IMG/VR virus record: IMGVR_UViG_3300020578_000040
Coordinates: 17,367-81,366 of that record
Reading direction: 5' to 3' (one strand)
DNA: 64,000 nt
DNA from: a virus
Shown here: positions 44,759 to 55,030 of the stretch, one piece after another
How positions within the stretch are numbered: position 1 is the stretch's first letter
How the letters are laid out: every line of letters begins with the position of its first letter
Notes under the pieces: generated by a model
What the model saw: the letters and a program-made list of their open reading frames with translations, nothing else
Told to the model about the DNA's origin: nothing
Database searches by the model: none
Made by a program: the position numbers and the translations under genes

Positions 44759-47700
44759 TTAGCCGAGTGATGCCTTGGACAGTTTACCCAACGCAACGCT
44801 ATTTAATGTAAATTCGAATAAATTTTCAGACGAATGAGTGATTTGGTAACCCATTGGTTTACTGTATTCAAGTAGTTCAAGTATTGCTTCCGATGATCTG
44901 GATGCCGTCCCATCCTGGTCGTCGACAGCAGCACAAGTTCCACTTGAAACAGTCACAGTTGAGGTTGTTGCGTTGACGACATCGAATGTTGTGGCTGTCA
45001 CCGAAGTGACGGTGAAGGTTCCATTATATCCAGACGGCGCCAAACCGGTAATTACAACAATATCCCCACTAGAAAGATTGTGGGCCGATGATGTTGTGTA
45101 TCGCACGGAGCCCGAACTTGGCGTCGAGGGGGTCACTGCGCTGATTGTCGAAGTGGATACGGTTGTTGTCGCGTTTGCGACTACGAAAGTGGTCGGTGTT
45201 GGGGCAGAGGTAACCTCAAACGTCCCGTTATATCCACTTGCAGAAAGACTCCGAATTGTTACAGTATCCCCAGCTGTAAATCCGTGAGCCGAGCTTGTCG
45301 TGTATGTCACCGATCCAGATGTCGGTGACGATGGTGCGACACCAGTGACAACTGAGGCCGGATCGGTGTCGGCTGTTTCGCGAGCGAGGGTAAGGACATG
45401 TATTTGCCATGGGTCATCTTGATAAATTGGCAGAACCGCTATTGATCGCATATCTACCACGGACTTGAGAATTTGTGTACTAACAGCAGTATTTTCTGTT
45501 CCATCAGAATTAAGTTTTTTAATTTCTGGGTAAAACTCCCCAGCAACATAGACGTTGTTTTCGTCATCGAGAACGATTGATGTGACCTCATTGGCCGAAG
45601 AGGAGCCAAAAAATGATGAGGATAGGTTTGAATTGAATCTTGAGTCTACAGTGCCATCATCAAGTAGACGTGCACAGTGATTCGCAGGCTCAGTAAAAGC
45701 CCCACCCAGCACGATCTTATCATCACCATCAACCGCAACCGTGCTGACCGAATCGTCTATGAAATACGAAGACGTCACTATGTCCACAAATGTTGTGTCA
45801 ATCGTGAAATTGAGACTATATGGCGTTACCTTCCAGAACGTTCCAGAGTTGCTTGTTCCCTCCGTAACCGCAACAATAGGTTCGGCAAGTACTTTTGCTT
45901 TCGTGTTTAGATCTGTTGCGCGTGTAAACGATGTTCCAGAATAGACATAAACACCATTTTGTTCACGTCGCGCCGAAGCCGAACCCGTTACTTTGGTAGG
46001 TGTATCGGCATACGCCTGAACCACATCAAAGGTAGTCGATGTAACAGCATCAATTTCATACGTTTGATTATATTGACCTGGGGCTATTCCAGTAATGATT
46101 ACATAATCATCTTCAGCAAATCCATGGGCAGCCGATGTTGTAAATCTAACTTTTCCTGATGTTGGGGTGTTTGGGGCGACAGCAGTAATTGATGCAGTTA
46201 GTTCCTGATCTTTGACAAGGACCCTATCTCCATTGACAAGTGCTTGGCCATCTATGGTTGAGGAAAATGAGGCAAGGTTGATTCCAGTTGTTGTGGCTAG
46301 TCTCACTGGGGCAATCGTATTTCCAATTGTTTGCGAAAAGTCCGTATCTTCCGCACCAGTCGATAGGAGTCGCGCCACGTAACGTGTTGGTTTAGTGAAT
46401 TCGCCGACGACAATTATTTTCCCATCAGACTGAACGGCTATGTCGTTAACCTGTCCGTTCAGGACGGTCGCCGCATTGGCAGTGAACGCCGTATCTTCGG
46501 TGCCATCTGAATTAAAGCGTCCTACATAGTTGGCGGGATCGGTAAAGGATCCACCGATCAATACCTTGTTATCATCCTGCAGATGAATACACAGCACCTC
46601 ACCATTTATGTTTGTTGAAATATTTGAATTGAACTCAGAAACAACTGATCCAAAAGAATTTATTTTCTTTAAATATCGTCCGGTACCGTTAGTGAAATTT
46701 CCTCCGACGATTATATTGCCATCGGAAAGTATGGCAATATCGTTGACGGATGATCCGAATGTAGCTGATGCGTCGAAAGTTTCATCACTCGTGCCATCTA
46801 GATTCAGGCGCACAATGCGTGTCGCTGACGCTCCATTAACATTGAGAAAATCTCCACCACACAATATCTTTCCATCATCTTGTGCCTTGACAACATAGAT
46901 GTCGTCGTCAAATCCGGTGCCCTGATTGTCGTCAAACACATGATCAAACGTGCCGTCATAGTTGAACTGCCACAGATATCTCGCCACCGAACTTACGGAA
47001 ACACCACTCCTGATCGGTTTGTTCGCAGCAACGATTCGGCCATTAATCGATCTATCTATGGACGAAACTCGACCACAAAGGGCTAGTGCTGCTGTGGCGA
47101 TAATTGAATCAGTGCTTCCAGATTTCATGCCAAGACTTCTGGTAGCAAGCTGCCAATACTTGAACAACTCTATATCAATATTTGATGTGCTGAGTTTCTT
47201 CTGTAGGGTACTGCCAGAAAATTGACTCAGCCACTCAAGATATTCAGAACTTACGTGCAGTGGATCTACCAGGTCGCTATTGGCCCACTCCTCTAGTCCA
47301 TCTGCCGAGACGGGAAGTTCTTGTAGTGAATACGGGAACACATCTCGGTACTTGACCAAAGTCTGATCGGCAGAGTAGGTGAGGGTATCAAGTAGTTTAT
47401 AGAAAGAGTATTCGGGGTCTTGTTGCTGATCCATGTCCCAATAAAAGTGTGGAATGTACTTTGCTCGTGCATTCTGAATAAAGTTATTCGCACTCCATCC
47501 ATAATTATTTACGAGTGTTGGATAGGTCATGTAAAAAGGCTGCTGATTATGGCCGGAAATTACAATCTTCAATGAAACGGTATCGGTTTTTCGTCCGGCA
47601 GTTTCTGGGGAAGTAAACAAGTCACTTTTGGTAAGGCCATAAACATCAATAAATGACACAAGTTCTATTCCGAGGTGCGTTGACTCACTCTCGTTTTCGC

Positions 47701-48010
47701 GAAAAATTGTACTTTGTACCGTTAGTCGGTCCGTGGACGACTTCACGAGTGAGTGAAACTGAATTGTGTGTTCGTTGAATATGTCAACAAGCTCTACGTC
47801 GTCAAGATAGAGGGAGACAGTTGCGGTTCCTGTCGGAACGACCTTAAGGGCGTAGTGGGTGATGTGCTTCTGGTTATTCGCAACAACTGATATTGTGGCA
47901 TTGTCTGCACGCCAGCCAGAATCATAGCCATTTGTCGGCACCAGAGAATCGTTGGCGTCCAGTGCCGAGAGATCACTAAAAAGAGGGATAAGGTTCGGTG
48001 TCCTTGTCAT
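44759..48010 (-). CDS. baseplate wedge-like protein with delta-60 propeller repeats and inserted domains
   Basis: YLEWLSQF; Q.DGKI..GG.F...RLN.DG..D..F repeats; KP.G C-terminus; follows baseplate J. Confidence 0.7.
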   Translation of the reverse strand: MTRTPNLIPLFSDLSALDANDSLVPTNGYDSGWRADNATISVVANNQKHITHYALKVVPTGTATVSLYLDDVELVDIFNEHTIQFHSLVKSSTDRLTVQSTIFRENESESTHLGIELVSFIDVYGLTKSDLFTSPETAGRKTDTVSLKIVISGHNQQPFYMTYPTLVNNYGWSANNFIQNARAKYIPHFYWDMDQQQDPEYSFYKLLDTLTYSADQTLVKYRDVFPYSLQELPVSADGLEEWANSDLVDPLHVSSEYLEWLSQFSGSTLQKKLSTSNIDIELFKYWQLATRSLGMKSGSTDSIIATAALALCGRVSSIDRSINGRIVAANKPIRSGVSVSSVARYLWQFNYDGTFDHVFDDNQGTGFDDDIYVVKAQDDGKILCGGDFLNVNGASATRIVRLNLDGTSDETFDASATFGSSVNDIAILSDGNIIVGGNFTNGTGRYLKKINSFGSVVSEFNSNISTNINGEVLCIHLQDDNKVLIGGSFTDPANYVGRFNSDGTEDTAFTANAATVLNGQVNDIAVQSDGKIIVVGEFTKPTRYVARLLSTGAEDTDFSQTIGNTIAPVRLATTTGINLASFSSTIDGQALVNGDRVLVKDQELTASITAVAPNTPTSGKVRFTTSAAHGFAEDDYVIITGIAPGQYNQTYEIDAVTSTTFDVVQAYADTPTKVTGSASARREQNGVYVYSGTSFTRATDLNTKAKVLAEPIVAVTEGTSNSGTFWKVTPYSLNFTIDTTFVDIVTSSYFIDDSVSTVAVDGDDKIVLGGAFTEPANHCARLLDDGTVDSRFNSNLSSSFFGSSSANEVTSIVLDDENNVYVAGEFYPEIKKLNSDGTENTAVSTQILKSVVDMRSIAVLPIYQDDPWQIHVLTLARETADTDPASVVTGVAPSSPTSGSVTYTTSSAHGFTAGDTVTIRSLSASGYNGTFEVTSAPTPTTFVVANATTTVSTSTISAVTPSTPSSGSVRYTTSSAHNLSSGDIVVITGLAPSGYNGTFTVTSVTATTFDVVNATTSTVTVSSGTCAAVDDQDGTASRSSEAILELLEYSKPMGYQITHSSENLFEFTLNSVALGKLSKASLG

Positions 48011-48011
48011 T

Positions 48012-49691
48012 CTAAACAGCTCTTCCGGTTGCCTTCACCATTACTGCGCCCATGAAGCCATTGTTTTGAGCCGAATAAGTAGACGTAATGTCCGAATATG
48101 TGGCTTGCAGTGTTCCTATTGCATCACCAGCCGTGGTTAGTGTCGATACCGCAAAAACATCACCAGATAATGTCGACCCGCCTGATACCAGAATTCCTCT
48201 ATCTATGACGAAATTTATTTCGTTGTCATAGTCTGTCGCCCTTGTCAGGACCCAGTTTGTGGAGCCGCTTCCGACCGTCGTGACAGTATAGATGCCGTTT
48301 TGAGCAGCACCTGCCTGATTCTTTACGAGGATTCTGTCTGATACGCTTACTACGCTGCCGTCAATTTGCAGGGCCGCCTGAGCGCCGCTATTGGTAAGTG
48401 TCGCGCCGACCCCACTGGTGCCATTGCTGTAAGTAGCAGTGAGGCTTGCGGTTGTTGCGCGGGCAACCGTCTTGGAGGCCTTTCCAACTATGGGTAGGGT
48501 CGCTTTGTATAGGAATTCGAGATCGCCATTGCTGTTGAGGGAATACCCCGATGGGTAGTCAATAATACTTACTCGGCCAACAGACAATACTCCGTCTATC
48601 GATGAGGCCACAGATGCGATATAGGAGGTACGTAAATGCTGCTCAGCCAGGGGAAATGTTTCCCTACTCACGGCATTAAATACGAATTCCTGAATAAGTC
48701 GGACCATTATTTCCTCATCCATGGAATCGTCATAAATAACTTCGATCTCAATGTCTACGCTTGCTTCGAAAAAGTCATCGATACCAACCGACAGCCCGGC
48801 AGTTGACTTAGCGGCAACATCGGCAGAAATTTCAATTTGGTCAGCTGACTGCAAAAGCTGCTTGTTGCCATAGGCGTAGATTGTGATGTACCCAGTGTCC
48901 GAAGAGCCGCCAATACGCGTAGACTCCCCAGCTCCAGTCTCGTCGTACTTTGTCAAGTCAACAACGTAGCATCTTCCAACACTCTCATAATTGGCAAGTA
49001 CATAGGACTGAACCTGCTTCGCGGTAACCAACGTTTCATTCAGGGACGAGAGAAATGTCCTCGCTCTACTTAAATAGGTTACGTCTGATTCTGGCTCAAC
49101 ACCATTGACGAATGGGTAAGTGGCATCAGGCGGATCGGGAATGCTGATCGTTTCGGCAACTACGACTGATTCTAGTCCACTAACGATGCTCAGCGATACA
49201 AATACATCACCTGCAGTCAAGACCGGATGGAGTCCAACATTTTGCGAATAGAGAATTGCTTGCTCGGTCTGGGGTGTCGTGATATGCCCCGGAATTATTA
49301 CTTCTTCCGCTAATTGGAACGTATATTGAGCAGACACTCCCGCAACAGTCTCCGTATATCCGAATACTGTCCCTGCTGGTATTACCGTCTCGTCATCGTT
49401 GTCTCTGGCCGTCATATCAACAACAACCCTGGCCCGTGTACCAAAGCGGCGCTCCATGCCCACCATCTTGACGAGACCCTCCATAAGTCGCGGAGGCAGT
49501 CTATTGATTGTCCCGACAGAAAGAGCCGACATATAGGAAAATGCTTGAAATAGCGCGTCCTCTGGAGTCCCCTGCCTTAGGGTGAATTCCGGCAGGGTGC
49601 GTCTAGCTAGGTCTATTGCCCCCAGATAAATATCGACAGGCTGTACGTCGTAAATTGTGAGGTCAACATATTGACTAAAGTCAGCAGCCAT
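48012..49691 (-). CDS. baseplate J-like protein
   Basis: G..RR.GT.A...IPAGT...NGVEPESD..YL.R. Confidence 0.8.
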   Translation of the reverse strand: MAADFSQYVDLTIYDVQPVDIYLGAIDLARRTLPEFTLRQGTPEDALFQAFSYMSALSVGTINRLPPRLMEGLVKMVGMERRFGTRARVVVDMTARDNDDETVIPAGTVFGYTETVAGVSAQYTFQLAEEVIIPGHITTPQTEQAILYSQNVGLHPVLTAGDVFVSLSIVSGLESVVVAETISIPDPPDATYPFVNGVEPESDVTYLSRARTFLSSLNETLVTAKQVQSYVLANYESVGRCYVVDLTKYDETGAGESTRIGGSSDTGYITIYAYGNKQLLQSADQIEISADVAAKSTAGLSVGIDDFFEASVDIEIEVIYDDSMDEEIMVRLIQEFVFNAVSRETFPLAEQHLRTSYIASVASSIDGVLSVGRVSIIDYPSGYSLNSNGDLEFLYKATLPIVGKASKTVARATTASLTATYSNGTSGVGATLTNSGAQAALQIDGSVVSVSDRILVKNQAGAAQNGIYTVTTVGSGSTNWVLTRATDYDNEINFVIDRGILVSGGSTLSGDVFAVSTLTTAGDAIGTLQATYSDITSTYSAQNNGFMGAVMVKATGRAV

Positions 49692-49987
49692 TATTGTCTT
49701 CTCCTAAATGAGAATGAAATATTGCTATTTCCCTGCTGGTCGATGGTGTTCTCGACCTGAAGAATCTGAATCTCGGGCACGTAACGTGAAGCATTGATAA
49801 CAAACTGACCACGATCTGCCATATTGAATGTTGGGTCATATACTCCGAAGTCTGGAGTAATTTTCAGTACGCCCGGTTCCGTTAGTGCTGCGATGCTCAT
49901 CATCTGTTTATAGTAGTCATCACTACCATCTTCGAGTTTTTTGAATCCATAGGTATCGAATTCAAGTGGAAATTTTAATGCGTCCAT
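49691..49987 (-). CDS. baseplate wedge gp25-like protein
   Basis: KFP...LTEPG....PDFG; position in the baseplate module. Confidence 0.75.
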   Translation of the reverse strand: MDALKFPLEFDTYGFKKLEDGSDDYYKQMMSIAALTEPGVLKITPDFGVYDPTFNMADRGQFVINASRYVPEIQILQVENTIDQQGNSNISFSFRRRQ

Positions 49988-50030
49988 AGAGACCAGCCAT
50001 CCAGATCTAAAGTCCAATACACATGATACT

Positions 50031-50189
50031 TTATTTTTCTGTCTGGTTGTCCATGTCCTTGTATTGCGATAGCGCCATCTTTAGAGAATAAATGGTTGCT
50101 TCCAGGACAGCAATTCTCTGAGCTTGGGCCGTTATCTGTGTTGATAACGATTCGATTATTTTATTGACGTCAATCTGTACATCATCCAT
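50031..50189 (-). CDS. small coiled-coil protein (52 aa, not in ORF track)
   Basis: MDDVQIDVNKIIESLSTQITAQAQRIAVLEA...; GGAGG RBS. Confidence 0.7.
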   Translation of the reverse strand: MDDVQIDVNKIIESLSTQITAQAQRIAVLEATIYSLKMALSQYKDMDNQTEK

Positions 50190-51588
50190 TTTGGGCCTCC
50201 AGGGCTGAAATCTTCTCGGTCAGTTCGGACACCTTAGCATCAAGTTCCTTGATGGCCGCGACTGCTGCTGACAGAATCTGAAGAGTACTAATGCTTTTAA
50301 GTTGTACTCCAGTTCCACTTACCGCGGAAGGAATAACCTCGTATACCTCGTCAGCAATAAAACCCAACATTTCATCGTATGGGTCATTATCGCCGAGGAT
50401 TGGTTCACCCAGGTCGCTGAAACTGACGATGTCAAGCGGGTTAAATGTCACCGGTCTTAGGCCTCTTATGGCCGATAAGCCATTTAAATATGCAGTTACA
50501 TTAGTTTTTAGGCGTCTGTCGGAAAAGTTGGCGGCCTGTGCAGAAATAACATTGTCAACGGTGCAGTTGACAATTGGGTTTGCCCACCTGAAGCCAATAT
50601 TATTTGCTGTACCACCACCCACCGTTGCGCCGGTATAAGCAATCCCACCCCCACCACCACTAGTCGTTCCAGATGAATCGGCATATGAGGCCGTAGATGC
50701 AGACCCAGCAGAATCTGCATAACCAACGTGAGTATCGGCGTGAGCGGAATCATCGTAATACCCGTAAAGCCTCCATCTGCTACCAGTCCAATAGGTTTGC
50801 ACACTGAAGGCAGTGTTATCATCACGGCGGTACAACCTAGTAGGCCCAGGCCTATTTGCGCTTGCCCACATGCCAGTCTGACCAGTAAGATTGGAAGATG
50901 CTAGACCACCGGAGAATGTTGTTGCAGTCACCGTTCCTGGAAAAGAAGTATTGCCGCTACCATCTAATATAGTTGCTGTCCTGGTTAATGAAGAAAATAT
51001 TCCCGTGTACTGTCTTACGTAGATGGGTTCAGTTCCGTCGTCTGCCGTTGCAATTTCTACATAGCCAGCATTGCTTGCTGTTCCACCAATTCTTATACGG
51101 AACATGTCATTGTCTGCCATGTTTCCGTATATTAAATCGGCGGTGTTTGTCCCAGTAACAGTTTTTATCAAAGTACCATTGATGGCATTTGTTACGGTGA
51201 GTCCAGTTAAAGTACCAACACTAGTAATTGATGTTTGAGCCGCACCAGTAACGGTGGCAGCAGTACCCGAAACATTTCCTGTTACGTTGCCTGTTACGTC
51301 GCCTGTTAACGCACCAGTAAAAGCGTTAGCAGTAACAGTTCCAACTACCTGAAGCGCCGTTGAAGGAGAAACTGTACCGATACCAACACGGTTATTGGTT
51401 GCATCAACGCTCAGGGTATTTGTGTCAATGGTCAAGTCGCCACTAACGACCAATGACGTCAGGGTGCCCAGCGACGTTACATTGGGGTATGCGCCACTAA
51501 TCGCCGAAGCAGGGATCGTGCCATCAAGTATGCGCGAGCCATCGATATATAGCGAGTTACCAAAGAGCGGATTTCGATTTGACATCAT
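50182..51588 (-). CDS. tail fibre with intramolecular chaperone (peptidase S74) domain
   Basis: FSDRRLKTNV...LRPVTF...GFIADEV..VIP...AIKEL. Confidence 0.85.
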   Translation of the reverse strand: MMSNRNPLFGNSLYIDGSRILDGTIPASAISGAYPNVTSLGTLTSLVVSGDLTIDTNTLSVDATNNRVGIGTVSPSTALQVVGTVTANAFTGALTGDVTGNVTGNVSGTAATVTGAAQTSITSVGTLTGLTVTNAINGTLIKTVTGTNTADLIYGNMADNDMFRIRIGGTASNAGYVEIATADDGTEPIYVRQYTGIFSSLTRTATILDGSGNTSFPGTVTATTFSGGLASSNLTGQTGMWASANRPGPTRLYRRDDNTAFSVQTYWTGSRWRLYGYYDDSAHADTHVGYADSAGSASTASYADSSGTTSGGGGGIAYTGATVGGGTANNIGFRWANPIVNCTVDNVISAQAANFSDRRLKTNVTAYLNGLSAIRGLRPVTFNPLDIVSFSDLGEPILGDNDPYDEMLGFIADEVYEVIPSAVSGTGVQLKSISTLQILSAAVAAIKELDAKVSELTEKISALEAQNG

Positions 51589-51947
51589 TCGATCCTATTG
51601 ACAAATCCGGTAATGGTAATAAGGTTTCCCGTACCAGCAAATGCCCTAATCGAACGCGCAGCAGAACCAGTTCCAGAGATGATGAGTCCGGGAGAAATGA
51701 GCGATAGTCCAGTCTTGCTCGGAATTGGAGCTTTGATGTGATTATCAGGGCTTGTTGTGCCCCCAAACTCGATAGTGAGTTCAATTGAGCCCGCATGGGA
51801 GTTGTAGGCATATAGCCAAATCTCATCAAGAATATCGGCAGATATTTCCGTCTCGTGGATTAGGGTCCCTGGAGATGAGGTTGCTGCAACCTTAATAGCG
51901 GTTCCGCCGGACGATGCAGATAGGAGCTGTTTTGTATAGGTTGTCAT
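51585..51947 (-). CDS. putative virion protein
   Basis: DEIWLYAYN...LTIEFGG...GFVNRI. Confidence 0.75.
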   Translation of the reverse strand: MTTYTKQLLSASSGGTAIKVAATSSPGTLIHETEISADILDEIWLYAYNSHAGSIELTIEFGGTTSPDNHIKAPIPSKTGLSLISPGLIISGTGSAARSIRAFAGTGNLITITGFVNRIE

Positions 51948-51955
51948 GATGATCC

Positions 51956-52261
51956 CTAGGAAAAGATTTGATTTGCAAGAATTATGGACGAGTCTATCCC
52001 GCCGGACTGTTGGTATGGTCCAAAAACTACCATTTCACGCTGCTGCCCATCGAGAAATCCGCAAATTACTTTATCCAACTTCTGGACCGGCCTAATACCC
52101 TGTATGACCTTGCAATTTTCAATTATTATATTGAGTTTTGCAATAGACACAGAAACCGTACCATTGCTATTTATATATCTCACTTTTCCGATGTATGTTT
52201 CATTGGGCTTAGTGGGATGCTGGGATCCCTTCGTTGTCGAAACTTGCCTCATGTCAGCCAT
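51956..52261 (-). CDS. baseplate spike-like OB-fold protein
   Basis: YIGKV...D.V.CGFLDG....VVFG; follows the hub gene. Confidence 0.6.
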   Translation of the reverse strand: MADMRQVSTTKGSQHPTKPNETYIGKVRYINSNGTVSVSIAKLNIIIENCKVIQGIRPVQKLDKVICGFLDGQQREMVVFGPYQQSGGIDSSIILANQIFS

Positions 52262-52276
52262 TGGTCATCCTCCAAG

Positions 52277-53398
52277 TCACCTAAAGTCACTTACTGTTGG
52301 GGCGGTGGCCTTAAATATCTCGCCAACCTGGAACGGAATAATCTTCCCATCTTCACGTTCAGGGCTTGCAAATGAAATGCTTACCGGGTTCCGTGATAGA
52401 TGATCAAACGACACTTCGGTGATCAGGAATGGCCTGTTTTCAAACATTGGCACCCCAAACATCAAAACTGTCATGCCTGGCCTCAGGGCCGAGCCTGAAA
52501 CATAGTCAATCTCAGCACTGCCATCAGCTGCCAACGGGTCATCCTCTGATTGGCGCAGCTGTGGACACTGGTGGAGTCTAAGGGCTCCTTTGATTGATTG
52601 AAAAATATTCCGGAGTTGTGGAGAAGAGCTGGCTATGTCGGGAGGCCACTCCAGGGGAACTATGTTGAATGGACGAATTTGGGCCTTATTGGTCTGTGGA
52701 TCTACGTAATCCAAATTCAATTGATGAGCCCCCCATTTCCCTATGAGTCGATACTGGGAAACAAAATACAATATTCCGTTTGATTCAAATAGTAGATATT
52801 TGGCATCACTAGCCAAGTTCTCAAGAACGGTCCAGGTCGAGTCGGCCTGCTGGTCGCCGCTTGCCTTATTTATTTGCTTATTTTTTGTTGTGCGCTGCAC
52901 TGCATATCTCAACTTATATTTGTTAGCGACAGCAATCACCCAGTCGCTTCCGTTTGCCTTGATTGCTCCAGGGTTTTTGTCGCGACGCATCTGCTGGACG
53001 GCCTTGGTTCGCATTTCAATAGTTATTGTTGGCGATGATCCTGGACCTGGGCCGACCTGGACTGAGGCGATCTCAAGCGATTGAACTAGCCACTTTTGGT
53101 CAACACGATAGTCAAATGATGCATTTCCGTAAAACTCGCCCTGGATGTCCGCGGGACCAATCCACGATGTTGTCTTGTAGATGACGTCACGACCAACAAC
53201 GAAGTAGTTATTTCTAGTGTATGTGAATCCTGGATCAAGTATTGTTGCAGTTACCTGAGTCACCATAGTCATTGAATAGCTTACATTTAGCGACAAAATG
53301 GCGTTGTTGATATCGTACATAGTGCCTGACGATAGATCGCCTATCTGCAAGTCCCAATCATAATCAAGATATCCAGGAATAAATGTTTCATCCGACAT
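52277..53398 (-). CDS. baseplate hub-like protein
   Basis: STW..L..LA.D......E..G.LYF; LRPG.TV; gene position. Confidence 0.7.
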   Translation of the reverse strand: MSDETFIPGYLDYDWDLQIGDLSSGTMYDINNAILSLNVSYSMTMVTQVTATILDPGFTYTRNNYFVVGRDVIYKTTSWIGPADIQGEFYGNASFDYRVDQKWLVQSLEIASVQVGPGPGSSPTITIEMRTKAVQQMRRDKNPGAIKANGSDWVIAVANKYKLRYAVQRTTKNKQINKASGDQQADSTWTVLENLASDAKYLLFESNGILYFVSQYRLIGKWGAHQLNLDYVDPQTNKAQIRPFNIVPLEWPPDIASSSPQLRNIFQSIKGALRLHQCPQLRQSEDDPLAADGSAEIDYVSGSALRPGMTVLMFGVPMFENRPFLITEVSFDHLSRNPVSISFASPEREDGKIIPFQVGEIFKATAPTVSDFR

Positions 53399-53407
53399 GT
53401 AGATACC

Positions 53408-55021
53408 TCATGTTTGGATCAGAAGAACACTCTCGATTGGCTTCGAAAGGTACTCTGTCCATAGGTCTGGCCTTATTGGCGTTCGTCCAGCCGTGCTCCC
53501 AGGTGCTGGTGTTGTTGTCTGCAATGGAAGTGGATTTAGTTTGTAGGCTACGGATCTTTCTACGGGAAGCTCAATCAGCGAGATATTTACCTGAGCAACG
53601 GAGATCAATGACGGAGGTCCCTCGGTTCTTCTTTTTGCGGTAATTCCTAGGTCACTTATTGCCCAAGCGCATGGCGCGCCAGTTGTCTGAGATTGCTGTA
53701 ACTGTATATTGAAAATATCGTCTAGTCCATATACGACAATCGGGGATGGTCGCGTCGCTATGCGGCGGAGCAATTGTATCCTATCTTCGATATCAATGTT
53801 GAGTCCATCGGGCACAAAGCTATTTCCTTGTCCATTATTGACGGAACGTTGGCCCGCAATAAGGAATGTCATCTGCACCCTACTTAGTCCATATGACTGC
53901 CATTCAATCAACGGTTCACCAAGTGTTCGTGGAATTTCATTCCATGATGATCCACCAAGAGTGTAGGAAATGGTACTAGGCACGTAGTCAAAATAGAATG
54001 ACTCCTCTACTCGCTCACCAGAGGCGTCGGTATAGGCTTGTCGCAAGTGAGGCTTGATTGTCGATTGATTAAGTTTACTCATTGCGTCTATGTCGACGAG
54101 CTGTGACCCAGATGGCAAACGTATCACTACCGTTTGCTCGCTGTTGGAGTAGTCAATTGGCGTTGTTGGTGTACTGGATGGGGCAGAAACTCGACCAGAT
54201 GAGCCAGTTCTACCGCCGCCGATTCCGGTTGAGTTGGACCCTGGCAAGCTGAGGGCCTCTAGCTTCTTCATCACCGCGGCCGTTATGCCGAATTCCGCAT
54301 TGGCAATAGTGGCTGGAGTAAATCCCCTTTTGTCTAGCGCCGCCCTGACAACCTCATCAAAGTTTGTATGCCAGTTAGCGTTGGCCCAGGGATGACTAGA
54401 TACTGGTAGTTGTAGTGTGAGGTAGTCATTAACTCGTACATCAAAATACTTGACGCCTAGATCTGTCCCCACTGGCGGTGGGGCAGGGGTTGGGCTTCCG
54501 TAATTTGGTTGCTCCGGCCCTGGTATGAATCCAGGATCAAGTTCTTTTTGTGATTCAATCCACTCGCGCAGCTGAGTAGATGTTTTGTATAGATAAGGTG
54601 ACCTATCTTGCGTCAGGAAAAGCCACCTATAACCGCCTTCTGTTGACCCATATGGTTTGGGAGTGAACTGATTCCAGAACATATACGGAACTCTGGATTC
54701 AAGAGAATCTTGAGAGTTGACCAAATCTACTTTAAATAATTTTACCGCGCTATAGATCTCGGTATCCTTGTTTTTAACCAAACCCCATAGACCCGTTGAC
54801 CACAAGCGGGCAATACTAACTTCATATTGAACCCCCGAACCTCTGGCTGTTGTTCCGACATTACCATGAGTTGTTAACCTAAGCATGTCGACATATGATC
54901 TTCCATCTCGCGCACTGAATGATACCGGTGGTTCACCGGTTAATTTAAATGTGCCATTGCGATTCAAGGAGTAGATTTGATAATTAGGCCACTCTCGCTT
55001 GGTGTTTGATGTCGGAGGCAT
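53408..55021 (-). CDS. tail tube initiator-like protein (paralog 2)
   Basis: F.F.YVP..I.Y..W.EIPR...P; paralogous C-terminus. Confidence 0.6.
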   Translation of the reverse strand: MPPTSNTKREWPNYQIYSLNRNGTFKLTGEPPVSFSARDGRSYVDMLRLTTHGNVGTTARGSGVQYEVSIARLWSTGLWGLVKNKDTEIYSAVKLFKVDLVNSQDSLESRVPYMFWNQFTPKPYGSTEGGYRWLFLTQDRSPYLYKTSTQLREWIESQKELDPGFIPGPEQPNYGSPTPAPPPVGTDLGVKYFDVRVNDYLTLQLPVSSHPWANANWHTNFDEVVRAALDKRGFTPATIANAEFGITAAVMKKLEALSLPGSNSTGIGGGRTGSSGRVSAPSSTPTTPIDYSNSEQTVVIRLPSGSQLVDIDAMSKLNQSTIKPHLRQAYTDASGERVEESFYFDYVPSTISYTLGGSSWNEIPRTLGEPLIEWQSYGLSRVQMTFLIAGQRSVNNGQGNSFVPDGLNIDIEDRIQLLRRIATRPSPIVVYGLDDIFNIQLQQSQTTGAPCAWAISDLGITAKRRTEGPPSLISVAQVNISLIELPVERSVAYKLNPLPLQTTTPAPGSTAGRTPIRPDLWTEYLSKPIESVLLIQT

Positions 55022-55030
55022 GCTTATTAC

